Of a DNA stretch of 64,000 nt, positions 39,530-52,352 are shown in pieces. How positions within the stretch are numbered: position 1 is the first letter of the stretch; each line of letters opens with the position of its first letter. Source of the DNA: Candidatus Sericytochromatia bacterium (GTDB lineage: Bacteria; Cyanobacteriota; Sericytochromatia; S15B-MN24; UBA4093); the NCBI GenBank assembly GCA_036676495.1, contig JAKFCT010000067.1:1-64000 (forward strand), read 5' to 3'. Both the position numbers and the translations under genes were made by a program. The notes beneath the pieces were generated by a model, which worked only from the letters and a program-made list of their open reading frames with translations, searched no databases and was not told where the DNA came from.

Positions 39530-40433
39530 CTCCCTCGGTCCAGCCTCGGATCGGCAGCCAGTCTGCAGGCCGTCGGGACTCCCGAAGATCCGATCGTCTT
39601 CCAGGCCCACCCCGGCGACGAGCGTTCCGCCTTCTGGGACGGGGCAAGTTTTATCCATTGGCTTCCGAGAGCCGGCTCGAGCACGTCACGATCCGGCACG
39701 GCGGGTCCTCGGCACGGGCGTATTCCGGAGCGCTGCACTTCCTTGGGACCACGGCCACGCTGAAAGGCGTGAGGATCGAGTCCTCGGAGCTAGGAAATTC
39801 CATGCGTAGCGAGGGCTCGAAGGGCTATCCCATGGGCTACTTCTACCAGGGTGCCGGCAAAGATGAGGGCTCCTTCGGACAGGGAGATGCCAAGAACCGC
39901 GACGATATCTTCGAGCGCCCCTACCTCTGACAAGACGTCGAGGCATCTACCCCCGAACGCGCTCCTGAAGCCATCATCCCCTTCCGAATAAGTCGCCTTG
40001 ATCGCCCTCGATGGGTCAGGCGGCGTTCGTTTCCCGCAGGATCTGGAAATCGGCTAGAAGTAGCACCAAGCCCGGCTCTCGTAGCGCTTGGCATGCTGCT
40101 GCTGAGATAGAGCATTGGGCTCGACGCCCTAGTGCTTGGCGAATTCGAACAAGGGGTAAACCAGTGCGGTGTAATACTGATTTGATAACGAAGGAATTTT
40201 TGGTAGTCTGATTGCTAGGTACTGGGTTTCCCCTGTGGTGGGGTTGCGGCAATCGGGCGCCAGGCGGAAAGCCACCCAACAGTTTCAAGCGAGCGTCCCA
40301 TTCTCCTGGCATTTTGACTACGCCGGGAGCCGCGATGTCCCGAGGCCTGAAGCTTTTTGCACCAAGCCGGTGGACGTCAGGGCCCCTGGGACTGGTACGG
40401 TCCGGAGTGAAATCTCCCCTTGGAGTGGATGGA

Positions 40434-41225
40434 ATGAAGCGACTCTTCCTGCTCTTGCCCTGGCTCTTGATTCAGGGATTCGCTCCCCTGGGAGACCTCC
40501 CCGACGACCTCAGCGATCAGATTCGCCCCTTCTATGCACGGCGCCAGGTGGTGGAGGCTCTCTCCCTACTCAAAGAACGCGCCAAGACCGATCCGAGAAA
40601 CTTCGGGATGCAACTGGAACTGGGGCGGTTAGAGGCCTACCGTGGGGAAGATGCCAAGGCACTCGAGCACTTCAAGGCAGCCCTGGCGCTCCGACCCGAA
40701 TCGATCGAAGCCCAGGTGCTGGAGGCCCAGTCCTGGAACGATCAAGGCGCGTACAACCAGACCATTGCCTTGCTGGAAAAGCGAATCCCGGAATGGGAGC
40801 GGCAACATGAGCATCCCCGCTGGCTAGCCAGGGCACTCACGGTCCTGGCCCACGCGCAGGCCCTCAAGGCCAGCAAGGAGGGCCTGGTTGCCATGATGGC
40901 CTACGGCCCCCAGGTTCAGAGCAACCTGGAAAAGGCACTCCCACTCGATCTCAATGGGGCCCGAACGCGCTACATGCTGGGCCTCTATTACTTGCAGGTC
41001 CCCGCCTTCGCCGGTGGCGGCAAGCAAAGGGGAATGGAGTTCATGCGCCGCGCCGCTCAACTCGATCCGGACGATCACGTGGTGCGGGAAGGGTACATCC
41101 GGCAGGTTCTCGAGCAAGAAGGCAAGGAGGCCGCCAAGAAATTGTTCGAAGCCTTCGTCCGGGATTTTCAGTCGATGTCGCGCGTCATGGAGCGGGTTTC
41201 CGATCTGAAGGCGCGACTGCAGTAG
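40434..41225 (+). CDS. Exported TPR-repeat protein
   Basis: Signal peptide and TPR-like helices (ALEHFKAALALRP; YMLGLYYLQVP..AGG). Confidence 0.75.
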   Translation: MKRLFLLLPWLLIQGFAPLGDLPDDLSDQIRPFYARRQVVEALSLLKERAKTDPRNFGMQLELGRLEAYRGEDAKALEHFKAALALRPESIEAQVLEAQSWNDQGAYNQTIALLEKRIPEWERQHEHPRWLARALTVLAHAQALKASKEGLVAMMAYGPQVQSNLEKALPLDLNGARTRYMLGLYYLQVPAFAGGGKQRGMEFMRRAAQLDPDDHVVREGYIRQVLEQEGKEAAKKLFEAFVRDFQSMSRVMERVSDLKARLQ

Positions 41226-41255
41226 CCCCAACCTCTCAATCATCGGGTAACCAGC

Positions 41256-42185
41256 ATGTTTCAAATCGGATGGCGGATCGCGCTCCTCACCTTGGCCTAC
41301 CTCGCTTGCTTTGTCGTGGCCAACGGGACCGCGGTGCAGCCCTATCTACCGCAAAGCTACTCCGAACTCATCTCGCAACAGGACGCAGGGCGTGCCGGCC
41401 TGGCCATGCTCGCGGTGAGCCTCCTCAACACGGCCGTCGTCTCGCACCTCGTGCTGCGATCCAAAGCCGGAGGCTGGCGGCTCAGTTCGGCGATCTTTGT
41501 CATCCTTTACGGTTCGATGACCTTCATGGCCCAAATCGAGACGGCGGCCTTTCCTCCCGTCGCCAACCGGCTTCCGCCAGGCATGCTGGGCGGGCTATTC
41601 CTGATGGGCCTCTTGCTCGCCGCCCCTTATTCCCTGTTGGCGGTCTGGGTTCTGGGCAAGTGGAAGGAGAAGGCGCCAGAGCCTCCGAATCGCTTGCCGC
41701 CGCTACACGAGTGGGCGTGGAAGCTCCCGCTGATCGCGGTCCTGTATGCCACCCTCTACTTCACCTTCGGCTACTACGTCGCATGGAAGTCTCCCGCCGT
41801 CCTGGCCTACTACGGGGGCACGGATCCTGGCAGCCTCTGGCTGCAACTCGAGCACGTCATGCGCACGACCCCTTGGATGCCCTTCTTCCAGTTGCTGAGA
41901 GGCGGGTTATGGCTGGCGATCGCCCTTCCCGTCATTCGACTGATTAAGGCCCCTTATTGGGAAATCGCCCTGGCCGTCGGGCTTTCCTACTCGGTGCTCA
42001 TGAACTCCCAGCACCTGTTCGCCAATCCGTTCATGTCGGATGCCGTCCGGTACACCCACCTGGTGGAGACCGCCAGCTCCAACTTCATCTTTGGCGTTCT
42101 GGCGGTTCTCATCCTCTTTTGGACGCCCGGTCGGCTTGGGAAGGTGACTAACGCTGGTCACCCTTCCCAACTCGGCAGCCGCTAG
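41256..42185 (+). CDS. Multi-pass membrane protein
   Basis: About 8 hydrophobic segments. Confidence 0.75.
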   Translation: MFQIGWRIALLTLAYLACFVVANGTAVQPYLPQSYSELISQQDAGRAGLAMLAVSLLNTAVVSHLVLRSKAGGWRLSSAIFVILYGSMTFMAQIETAAFPPVANRLPPGMLGGLFLMGLLLAAPYSLLAVWVLGKWKEKAPEPPNRLPPLHEWAWKLPLIAVLYATLYFTFGYYVAWKSPAVLAYYGGTDPGSLWLQLEHVMRTTPWMPFFQLLRGGLWLAIALPVIRLIKAPYWEIALAVGLSYSVLMNSQHLFANPFMSDAVRYTHLVETASSNFIFGVLAVLILFWTPGRLGKVTNAGHPSQLGSR

Positions 42186-42386
42186 GGGGCCGGCTTATCC
42201 AGGGGTTCGAGACAGCAGGCCCGCGTGAACGAGACGATGAGTGTTTACAGCTTATCGACCTTTACCTCGCCGCGATGCCCCTTAATGTCCCTCGGGGCAA
42301 TAAGAAATAGCCCGCACAATTCCGGTCGCACCGAAAGGCTATCTGCCCTATCTTGGCCAGTTCTGATTACCAAGGCTAACTAGATC

Positions 42387-42421
42387 CTGTTAATCACGAG
42401 TTCGCTGGCACAAGTCCAGTA
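42387..42421 (+). repeat. Degenerate att-like copy of tRNA-Asn 3' half
   Basis: 29/35 identity to 21825-21859 by manual alignment. Confidence 0.75.
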
Positions 42422-42620
42422 ATTAGCGCAAGCGTCCTCACCATCGGGTAAAGCGCCCTTTTTCTTGGGAAGTTCGGACAACAGAATTGCCTGAATAACA
42501 TTTTTCGGAATATAGATTGACTCGCCTTTAAGAAAGTGCTTGACAAGCACGAATTTCACAGGATATATCAAACACAAGCTCTAGATCATGTTATTTCACC
42601 TGAAGGGAGAGAATCAGGCC

Positions 42621-42914
42621 ATGCAGGTAACAAATATTAACGGTACAAGCGACAACACTTGCAAATGCATCAGCTGGCTAGACCACTGGAAGACTTACAG
42701 CAAATCTTCTCTGCCCTCATATTGCCCTGAATCCAGCTGCTTGCAAAAGCCTGAAGTTGGCGCACATGTTCAAAAAAGTGGGAGCACTGACAAGGCCTGG
42801 TACATTATCCCCCTTTGTAAAACACACAACGGAAAAACAAATCAGTCGCTTACGGTGAGTGACTCAACCGTACTTGCCCCCGCAAACGTAAGTAATACAT
42901 GCGGAAGGAACTAG
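42621..42914 (+). CDS. Small Cys/His-rich protein (His-Me finger-like)
   Basis: SWLDHW, C....C, VGAHV and YIIPLCKTHN; AT-rich. Confidence 0.7.
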   Translation: MQVTNINGTSDNTCKCISWLDHWKTYSKSSLPSYCPESSCLQKPEVGAHVQKSGSTDKAWYIIPLCKTHNGKTNQSLTVSDSTVLAPANVSNTCGRN

Positions 42915-43139
42915 GAGCGGATTTGAATCCAGATTGCGGATCTAAGAGGCGCTTCATCGAGAGATGGGGGGCCTTTTTTGTTGGGCAGTCGGGTCAAAAT
43001 AGGCTTGGGGGCAACAGGCTGGATGAAGCCAGTATAAGGACAAAATAGATTTGGACGCACCGAAGGGTAGTCAGAATGGGCATATAAATGTTGTTGCAGA
43101 ACAGGCGTCTCCTTATATGTGTAAAGTAGGAAAAACCAA

Positions 43140-43730
43140 ATGCCAACTCTAGGAAGTCTGCTTGACTTGGATCGGTGTCCACACTGTGTGACTCACCGCC
43201 CAACGCTTAAATTACTCTGGCAGGGCGATACGAACGACTACCTAGGCCAAAACGAACGACAATGGGGAGCGTATGCGTGCACAGCCTGCGGCGGCGTAGT
43301 CATTGCCCAAGGCAAATGGGGAGGTGGGGTTGTAAGATTTTTCCCTGGGCAAGATTTGAGCGTCGACGCAGCCATCCCAGATAGAGCACAAAAATACCTT
43401 CAGCAAGCGATTGATTGCCTTGCTGCGCCATCTGGCGCTGTGATGCTTGCATCAAGCGCCGTGGACGCAATGCTTAAGGTAAAGGGGTATACCGAGGGTA
43501 ATCTTTATAGTCGGATTGAAAAAGCTCGAGACGACCATTTGATCACACCGGAAATGGCTGAGTGGGCACACGAAGTCCGCCTCGAAGCAAATGGGCAACG
43601 GCATTCGGACATGGATGATCCCCTACCAGATCTTCACCAAGCACGAAAAGCCGTGGAATTCGCGCAAGCCCTTGGTGAATTTTTATACGCTCTTCCCTCC
43701 CGGGTCGAAAAAGGGAGGAATCTCCCCTGA
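43140..43730 (+). CDS. Zn-ribbon + DUF4145 (HEPN-like) protein
   Basis: CPHC and CTAC; GNLYSRIE...IT..MAEWAHEVRLEANGQRH. Confidence 0.85.
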   Translation: MPTLGSLLDLDRCPHCVTHRPTLKLLWQGDTNDYLGQNERQWGAYACTACGGVVIAQGKWGGGVVRFFPGQDLSVDAAIPDRAQKYLQQAIDCLAAPSGAVMLASSAVDAMLKVKGYTEGNLYSRIEKARDDHLITPEMAEWAHEVRLEANGQRHSDMDDPLPDLHQARKAVEFAQALGEFLYALPSRVEKGRNLP

Positions 43731-44211
43731 GCATTTTCTGATCTTCGCGTCCATAACTACGCACAAAACAAAGAGCAAATTGAATAGTTCATGCGCATTT
43801 TGGCCGAGGCAGCAATTCACTTCGGCTATGTAATTGGGGGCAGGTCAAAAAGGACCTAGGGTATCTCTGAGGCCCTTCGACTTTTCTCCTCTCGGCCTTG
43901 CACCTAATGTCAGGCTCGCGCGCATTATGCCCCACTCGTCTCGTCACGCTTCCTTCAAAGTAAGGAACAGAGGGAACGCCGCCTCGTCCCACCCAGACGG
44001 CGCGCGGAATTCGGGCAACTGCGCAGTGCCTGCCACTCCAAGTCCAGCTCCTTGGGACCGCGCATTGGGCATGGCCCGCACCCGGCTGACGCAAATGCTG
44101 GCGTTTACCGAACGATGCTTCAGGGGCATAATTTGCTAGTCCCATGATTGCCCGGTGGCGCCTCAGGGCGCTCGTTGCAACCCGTTGATACCCAGTGAAA
44201 GGACCGCGACC

Positions 44212-46584
<2,373 letters not shown>

Positions 46585-46685
46585 GCCTTCTCCTCTCGCA
46601 AAGCCAAAAGCCGCCAGGGTCGAAACCTTGGCGGCTCTATCTTTGTCGAAGCATGCGAGTCCTAGGTGGGAAACGGAGCTCCATC

Positions 46686-46832
46686 CTACGAAGCGCGAGC
46701 GAGCGCAAGCCGTAAGGCTTCCTCGAAGCTGCCGGTCGTCCCAGCCGGAGTCGAAGGCTTCTCCTCGGGCCGCCACGGGAAATAGGGAGATTGATGCCGG
46801 TCGCCTGCCGTGATCACCGTATCGATGCCCAT
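46686..46832 (-). CDS. Putative 48-aa small protein
   Basis: GAGGAGGT RBS; MGIDTVITAG...GSFEEALRLALARAS*. Confidence 0.5.
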   Translation of the reverse strand: MGIDTVITAGDRHQSPYFPWRPEEKPSTPAGTTGSFEEALRLALARAS

Positions 46833-47122
46833 CGCTACCTCCTCGGAATAACCTGGTCGTTGAGGACATCGTAAAAGAAGTATTTTGCGTCCATTAAACG
46901 CTCGCATCACCCCTAGATTAATAACGCGGTCGCGCGTACCTGGAGGCACTCATCCGGGCAGTAAGAGGCCGGCACATTCATCGCCTGTCACCCGACCCGA
47001 GGTTAAGCCGATATGATCGCAAGCTTAGCGAACCCCTGGCGCTTAACCGTATAATGGAAGCCATGGCCTGCCGCCTGCCAGCCGGCTCCCCACCTGAAAT
47101 CTGGAAGAGGAAAAACAGCCGT

Positions 47123-48016
47123 ATGTCGACCTTTCGCCCCTTGATGCTGGGCTTCTTGACCGCCTTGACCCTGGCGACGGCGGCTGGCTGCGGCCAGTAC
47201 GGCAAGGTCGCCTCGACTCCGTCCCTGGCGGACTCGGAAGCGCGCACGGGCGCCTTCACCAGCCACGGCGTCACGTACAAGCTGGGTTACGACTACGTCC
47301 GCTACCGGAAGCTCTTCAAGCATCAGGCGCCCCAATCCAATCAAATCCACGACAGCGTGCGTCCCGCCAAGGTGGACCTGCGCGATGAGCAGGGGCCCGT
47401 TTACGGCCAGGGCGCACTGGGATCCTGCACAGCCTTCGCGATTACCAAGGGCTTGCGCGAGCACCTGCAACGCAGGAACGGTGAGCGTCAGCTCCCCTTG
47501 TCGGCCCTCTTCGGCTACTACGAGACCCGCCGAGTGGCTGGACACAACGTCTTCAAGGATACCGGCGGCACCATTGTCGAAGGCATGAAAGCGCTTCAGC
47601 TCTCCGGCTCCGCCCCCGAGGCGCTTTGGCCCTACGACATCGCGAAGTTCCACATCATGCCCACGGTGGAAAGTTACATGGCGGCCCAGGAGTTCAAGGT
47701 GAAGCAGACGAGTCAGCTTGCCGGCCTGGAGGACGTCAAGGCCGCGCTTGCCAGGGGCCAATCGGTCGCCTTCGGCTTCGTGTCAGTCGGAAAAATCATG
47801 AGCCCCGATGCGAAGGGCGTGATGCCGATGCCCCAGCCTGGCGATCCGATCCATGGCGGCCATGCGATGCTGGCGGTCGGCTACGACGACACCCAGCAAC
47901 ACCTGATCGTCCGCAACAGCTGGGGCGATAAGTGGGGGATCGCCGGATACGCCTACATGCCTTACGCGTTCTTCACCACCACTCCCCACGCCATGGACTT
48001 CTGGACTGCCAGCTAA
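47123..48016 (+). CDS. C1A papain-family cysteine peptidase, lipoprotein
   Basis: Lipobox AAGC; QGALGSCTAFA, GGHAM.AVGY and RNSWG..WG..GY. Confidence 0.92.
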   Translation: MSTFRPLMLGFLTALTLATAAGCGQYGKVASTPSLADSEARTGAFTSHGVTYKLGYDYVRYRKLFKHQAPQSNQIHDSVRPAKVDLRDEQGPVYGQGALGSCTAFAITKGLREHLQRRNGERQLPLSALFGYYETRRVAGHNVFKDTGGTIVEGMKALQLSGSAPEALWPYDIAKFHIMPTVESYMAAQEFKVKQTSQLAGLEDVKAALARGQSVAFGFVSVGKIMSPDAKGVMPMPQPGDPIHGGHAMLAVGYDDTQQHLIVRNSWGDKWGIAGYAYMPYAFFTTTPHAMDFWTAS

Positions 48017-48033
48017 AGCCGGTCACTGTTTTT

Positions 48034-48801
48034 GTGAAAGCACTTCCCCAATCGAGAACCTTAACCGTCGGCGGCTCCGAACTGGAATACGCACGGGCCG
48101 GAATGGGTTCGCCCACCATCGTTCTGATCAACGGATCGGGCGGCCCCATCGAAGGCTGGCACCGGGTGTTTGCCGATCTTGAGAAGATGGGGACGGTTAT
48201 TGCCTACAACCGCCCCGGCATCGGCAAGAGCACCAAGCCGACGTCACCGCAAACCGGCGAGGTGATGGTCGAGACCCTCCGCGCGCTGCTGCTCGCGCTG
48301 GATCTCGCTCCGCCCTATCTGCTCGTCGCCCATTCATTCGGGGGGCTCATCGCCAACCTCTTTGCCCGCAGCCACCCCCAGGACGTCAGTGGGATCGTCT
48401 TCCTTGATGCCACCGCCCCGGCGGACATCGCGGCGATGACCGAGTTCGAAAGCCGCACTCAGCGCGTTCTGAAGGGAGTGGTCGATCGGGTGTTCGGCAA
48501 TGACCCTTTCGGCGAAACCACCCATGCCCCGCGCACCATCGCGCTTATCGCGCAGGCTCCCTCATTCCCAGATATTCCCGTTTTGGTCGTCACCGGTGGC
48601 AAGCCCGCAATGGCATGGCTGACCCCGACCCCTGCCTTGGCGGCTCGCGCCGCTCATCAGCTCCAGCTCGCCTCGCTGTCGCCGAGCGGCATGCAAATCG
48701 TTGCGGCAAAAAGCGGGCACTTCCCCCAATTCTCAGAGCCCGAGGTGGTGATCCGGGCGGTCCGTGAGGCGATCGCCAGGACGATCAACGCCAGGAATTA
48801 A
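48034..48801 (+). CDS. Alpha/beta hydrolase
   Basis: YNRPGIGKS, AHSFGG and SGHFPQ. Confidence 0.88.
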   Translation: MKALPQSRTLTVGGSELEYARAGMGSPTIVLINGSGGPIEGWHRVFADLEKMGTVIAYNRPGIGKSTKPTSPQTGEVMVETLRALLLALDLAPPYLLVAHSFGGLIANLFARSHPQDVSGIVFLDATAPADIAAMTEFESRTQRVLKGVVDRVFGNDPFGETTHAPRTIALIAQAPSFPDIPVLVVTGGKPAMAWLTPTPALAARAAHQLQLASLSPSGMQIVAAKSGHFPQFSEPEVVIRAVREAIARTINARN

Positions 48802-48942
48802 GTACGTCGCTCCCGGCTAAACGAGTGTTCCGCTCAGCTAAATCAAGCCCTCTCCCGGGGCAAGATCTCGCATAACCCGCCCCAACACGGGTAAGAAGCG
48901 AGAACGTCCTCAGCTTCCAACCGCTACTCGAACAGGAGCCCC

Positions 48943-50430
48943 ATGCCATCCCAACCCTCCACGGCAGCCCAGCCGCCCACCGCGCCTGCCCTCGATTCCG
49001 CCACGGCCTCACGAAACCGGCTCGTCATCTCTCTTCTGCTCGTCTCGACGTTCGTCGTCATCCTCAACGAGACGATCATGGGCGTCGCGATCCCGCACCT
49101 CATGGAAGACCTCCGGATCACGGCGAGTACCGCCCAATGGCTGACCACGGCCTTCATGCTGACCATGGCGGTGGTCATCCCGATCACCGGCTTCCTGCTG
49201 CAGCGACTCAACACGCGGCCGGTCTTCATCCTGGCCATGAGCACCTTCAGCCTCGGCACGCTCATCGCGGCATTGGCACCCGGGCTACCGCTGCTGATCG
49301 TCGGGCGCGTCGTCCAGGCGATCGGCACCGCCATCATGATGCCCCTGCTCATGACCACCCTCATGACCCTGGTTCAGCCGGAATCCCGCGGCAAGACCAT
49401 GGGCAACATCTCGATCGTCATCTCGGTGGCCCCCGCCATCGGCCCGAGCCTCTCGGGACTCATCCTGAACCACCTGACCTGGCGCTGGATGTTCTGGTTG
49501 GTGCTGCCCATCGCTCTCGGTGGGCTGATTCTGGGGGCGGCGCGCATCTCGAACGTCACGACCCCCAGCGATGCGCCTATTGACCTGCCCTCAGTTCCCC
49601 TCGCCGCGCTTGGCTTCGGCGGTCTCGTCTACGGCCTCAACCAGCTGGGCGTCACGAGCGGCGAAGCCGGCTCGCTCCCCGGCTGGGTGCCACTCGCCGT
49701 CGGCGCCGTGGCGCTGCTCGCGTTCATCTGGCGTCAGCGCATCCTGCAACGGGAAGAACGCGCCCTCCTCGACCTGCGCACCCTCTCCTCGAAGAACTTC
49801 ACCCTCTCCATGGTCGCGCTCGCGATCGGCATGATGTCGCTCTTCGGCACCTTCATCCTCCTGCCCATCTACACGCAACACGTCCTGGGCATGGATGCGC
49901 TCAATACCGGCTTGCTGCTCCTCCCCGGAGGCCTCCTCATGGGGTTGATGGCTCCCACGGTCGGACGCCTCTACGATCGCCACGGCCCCACCGTCCTGAC
50001 CGTCCCCGGCACGATCATCACCTCCGCCGTGCTCTGGGTGATGACGACCATGAACGAGCACACGGCGATTCCCTTGCTGCTGGGCGCCCATGTCGTGCTC
50101 AGCATCGGCCTGGCCCTGACCTTCACCCCCCTCTTCACGGCCGGTCTCGGCTCGCTGCCGCCCAAGCTCTACGGGCATGGCGGCGCCCTCGTCGGCACGG
50201 TCCAGCAACTGGCGGGAGCCGCGGGAGCCGCGCTTTTCATCGCCCTCATGTCCTTGAAAACGGCCACCCTGGTCTCCGAGGGGCTGCCCCCGATCGCCGC
50301 CACCGCCGGAGGCATTCGCGCGGCCTTCCTCTGGGGAGCCGTCATCTCGCTCTTTGCCATCGTGGCGGCATTCTTCGTGAAGAAGCCTGCCAACGAACCG
50401 GCGATCGCCGCCCCCCCTCCCACGCCCTGA
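48943..50430 (+). CDS. DHA2 family MFS multidrug efflux transporter (LmrB-like)
   Basis: 14-TM pattern; LNETIM, QWLTTAFML and GRVVQAIG. Confidence 0.92.
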   Translation: MPSQPSTAAQPPTAPALDSATASRNRLVISLLLVSTFVVILNETIMGVAIPHLMEDLRITASTAQWLTTAFMLTMAVVIPITGFLLQRLNTRPVFILAMSTFSLGTLIAALAPGLPLLIVGRVVQAIGTAIMMPLLMTTLMTLVQPESRGKTMGNISIVISVAPAIGPSLSGLILNHLTWRWMFWLVLPIALGGLILGAARISNVTTPSDAPIDLPSVPLAALGFGGLVYGLNQLGVTSGEAGSLPGWVPLAVGAVALLAFIWRQRILQREERALLDLRTLSSKNFTLSMVALAIGMMSLFGTFILLPIYTQHVLGMDALNTGLLLLPGGLLMGLMAPTVGRLYDRHGPTVLTVPGTIITSAVLWVMTTMNEHTAIPLLLGAHVVLSIGLALTFTPLFTAGLGSLPPKLYGHGGALVGTVQQLAGAAGAALFIALMSLKTATLVSEGLPPIAATAGGIRAAFLWGAVISLFAIVAAFFVKKPANEPAIAAPPPTP

Positions 50431-50579
50431 CCCACCTGCAGGCCTTCGCCCATGGAGGCCCGCCAAATCCCCTCTACGCTCGAAGCGGGTTTCAGTCGAA
50501 AGGCTGAAACCCGCTTCTCCTCTGGGGATGCCCCGGAGCGAGCTCCCGGCCGCGCCGGCTCGCCCTCGCGCCATGGAAG

Positions 50580-50619
50580 TTGACAGGCGACCAAACCATG
50601 ATACATAATCACCGTTATG
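50580..50619 (+). promoter_or_regulatory. Promoter with palindromic operator overlapping the tetR start
   Basis: TTGACA-18 bp-CATAAT; inverted repeat CATAA-6 bp-TTATG at 50604-50619. Confidence 0.55.
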
Positions 50620-51264
50620 CCAAAAAGAGTCGATCATGTCTCCCAGCGCCGCAGCATCGCGGAAGCGGCGATCGCCGTCATCAGCGAGGCCGGCCTCGAT
50701 CAGGCCCGCTTGCGCGACGTCGCACGCGCGGCCAACGTCACCACCGGCGCCGTCACCCATTACTTCGACAGCAAGGACGCCGTCCTGGTCGCAGCCCTCG
50801 AGGAAGTGGTCCGCCGCACGCTCGCAAAGCAGGACCGCGCCCGCAAAACGCCCAAAGCCATGGAGGTTGGGATCTTCATCCAGCAGGCCGCCTCCTACCT
50901 CCCGCTCGACGCGGAAAGCCGCATGGAATGGCGCGTTTGGCTCGCCTTCTGGGGGCGCGCGATCGCCGACGACCGCCTCCGCGCCCTGCATCGCCAGTAC
51001 TACGCCGAGATCGTCGAGCGCCTGATAGACGTCTTGCCGGCCATTCGCCAAGCGGATCCGATGCCTTCGACGGACCAGTTGCGTCACTGCGCCGACGCGG
51101 TGATTGCGGCCCTCGACGGCATCGGCACGCGAGCCACCCTCGAGCCCGAAACCTGGCCCGCGGAGCGCCAGCGCGAAACGCTCGCGACCATGCTCCTGCC
51201 CGTGCTCACGGCGTTCGCCACGGGTGCGAACGCACGTGAGGCTCGAGATCACCACGCAAGCTGA
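50617..51264 (+). CDS. TetR family regulator (BetI-type C-terminus)
   Basis: MPKRVDH...LRDVARAANVTTGAVTHYFDSKD. Confidence 0.92.
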   Translation: MPKRVDHVSQRRSIAEAAIAVISEAGLDQARLRDVARAANVTTGAVTHYFDSKDAVLVAALEEVVRRTLAKQDRARKTPKAMEVGIFIQQAASYLPLDAESRMEWRVWLAFWGRAIADDRLRALHRQYYAEIVERLIDVLPAIRQADPMPSTDQLRHCADAVIAALDGIGTRATLEPETWPAERQRETLATMLLPVLTAFATGANAREARDHHAS

Positions 51265-51307
51265 AACCTGGAAGGTATCCCCCTCTCTAAGACAAGGAGC
51301 CTGACGC

Positions 51308-52144
51308 ATGCCGAACCGCGCCATGACCCAGGACGATCCGCTCGAGGATTTCGCCGCCCGCGCGATCACCCTCGACGACCAGACGAAGACGGTGTACGTG
51401 GCCGGTTCCGGGCCCGCCGTGATCGTCATGACGGAGATGCCGGGCATCAGCCCGCACGTCGCACGCTTCAGCCGCTGGGTGCGCGAGGCGGGCTTCACGG
51501 TCTACATGCCCTCGCTCTTCGGTCGCGACGGCGCAGTGCCGAGCGCCGACGAGGGGGCGGCCGTCTTCAAGCGGGCCTGCGTCAGCGCCGAGTTCCGCGC
51601 CCTCCAGGCCAACGCGTCCAGCCCGGTGACCCAGTGGCTGCGCGCGCTCGCGCGATTGGCCCACGCGGAGTGCGGTGGCCCGGGCGTCGGAGCGATTGGC
51701 ATGTGCTTCACGGGCAACTTCGCGCTCACGATGATGCTCGAGCCCTCGGTGCTCGCACCGGTCCTCTCCCAGCCGTCGCTGCCGCTCAACGATCCGGCCG
51801 GCCTGGAGATCGCCCCGGACGAGCTTGCCACCGTCAGAGAGCGCCTCGATCGCGAGGACCTCAGCGTCCTCGCCTATCGTTTCGAGGGCGATCGCTTCTG
51901 CATGGCCCAGCGGTTTGCGGCCTACGCCGAGGCGCTGGGCGATCGCTTCGAGGGACGGATCCTTCCAGATAGCGCCGCCAACCCGGACACGGCGCCGTTC
52001 TTCGCGCGCCACGTGAACTTCCCGCACAGCGTCGTGACGGCTCACCTGATCGATGAGGCCGGCCAGCCGACCCTCGCCGCGCGCGACGAGATCCTGGCCT
52101 TCTTCACGCGGCGCCTCGCCTCGGGTGAGAAGGTCGGGGGGTGA
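51308..52144 (+). CDS. Dienelactone hydrolase family protein
   Basis: EMPG, GAIGMCFTG and HSVVT. Confidence 0.88.
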   Translation: MPNRAMTQDDPLEDFAARAITLDDQTKTVYVAGSGPAVIVMTEMPGISPHVARFSRWVREAGFTVYMPSLFGRDGAVPSADEGAAVFKRACVSAEFRALQANASSPVTQWLRALARLAHAECGGPGVGAIGMCFTGNFALTMMLEPSVLAPVLSQPSLPLNDPAGLEIAPDELATVRERLDREDLSVLAYRFEGDRFCMAQRFAAYAEALGDRFEGRILPDSAANPDTAPFFARHVNFPHSVVTAHLIDEAGQPTLAARDEILAFFTRRLASGEKVGG

Positions 52145-52352
52145 GCAGCGGAGGCGTCGGCGGGACTCCCGCCTTTGCCACTTGTTCGATTCGCGCGTAT
52201 TGCCTACACTTTGCTTGAATGGAAGACCATGGGGGAGGCGCACGTCGCTTCACCGTTGGACGGGAGCCTCCCCTGGGGCAGGTCGCGCAGAAGGTGGACT
52301 TTCACGGAAGGTGGACATGGTGAGCGGCTCGACTCGCAAGCGGAACAAGGAC

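Noticed and set aside
39600-40250. Possible decayed genes (beta-helix-like fragment SRLEHVTIRHGG)
   Set aside because: No credible start or continuous frame; too weak to call.
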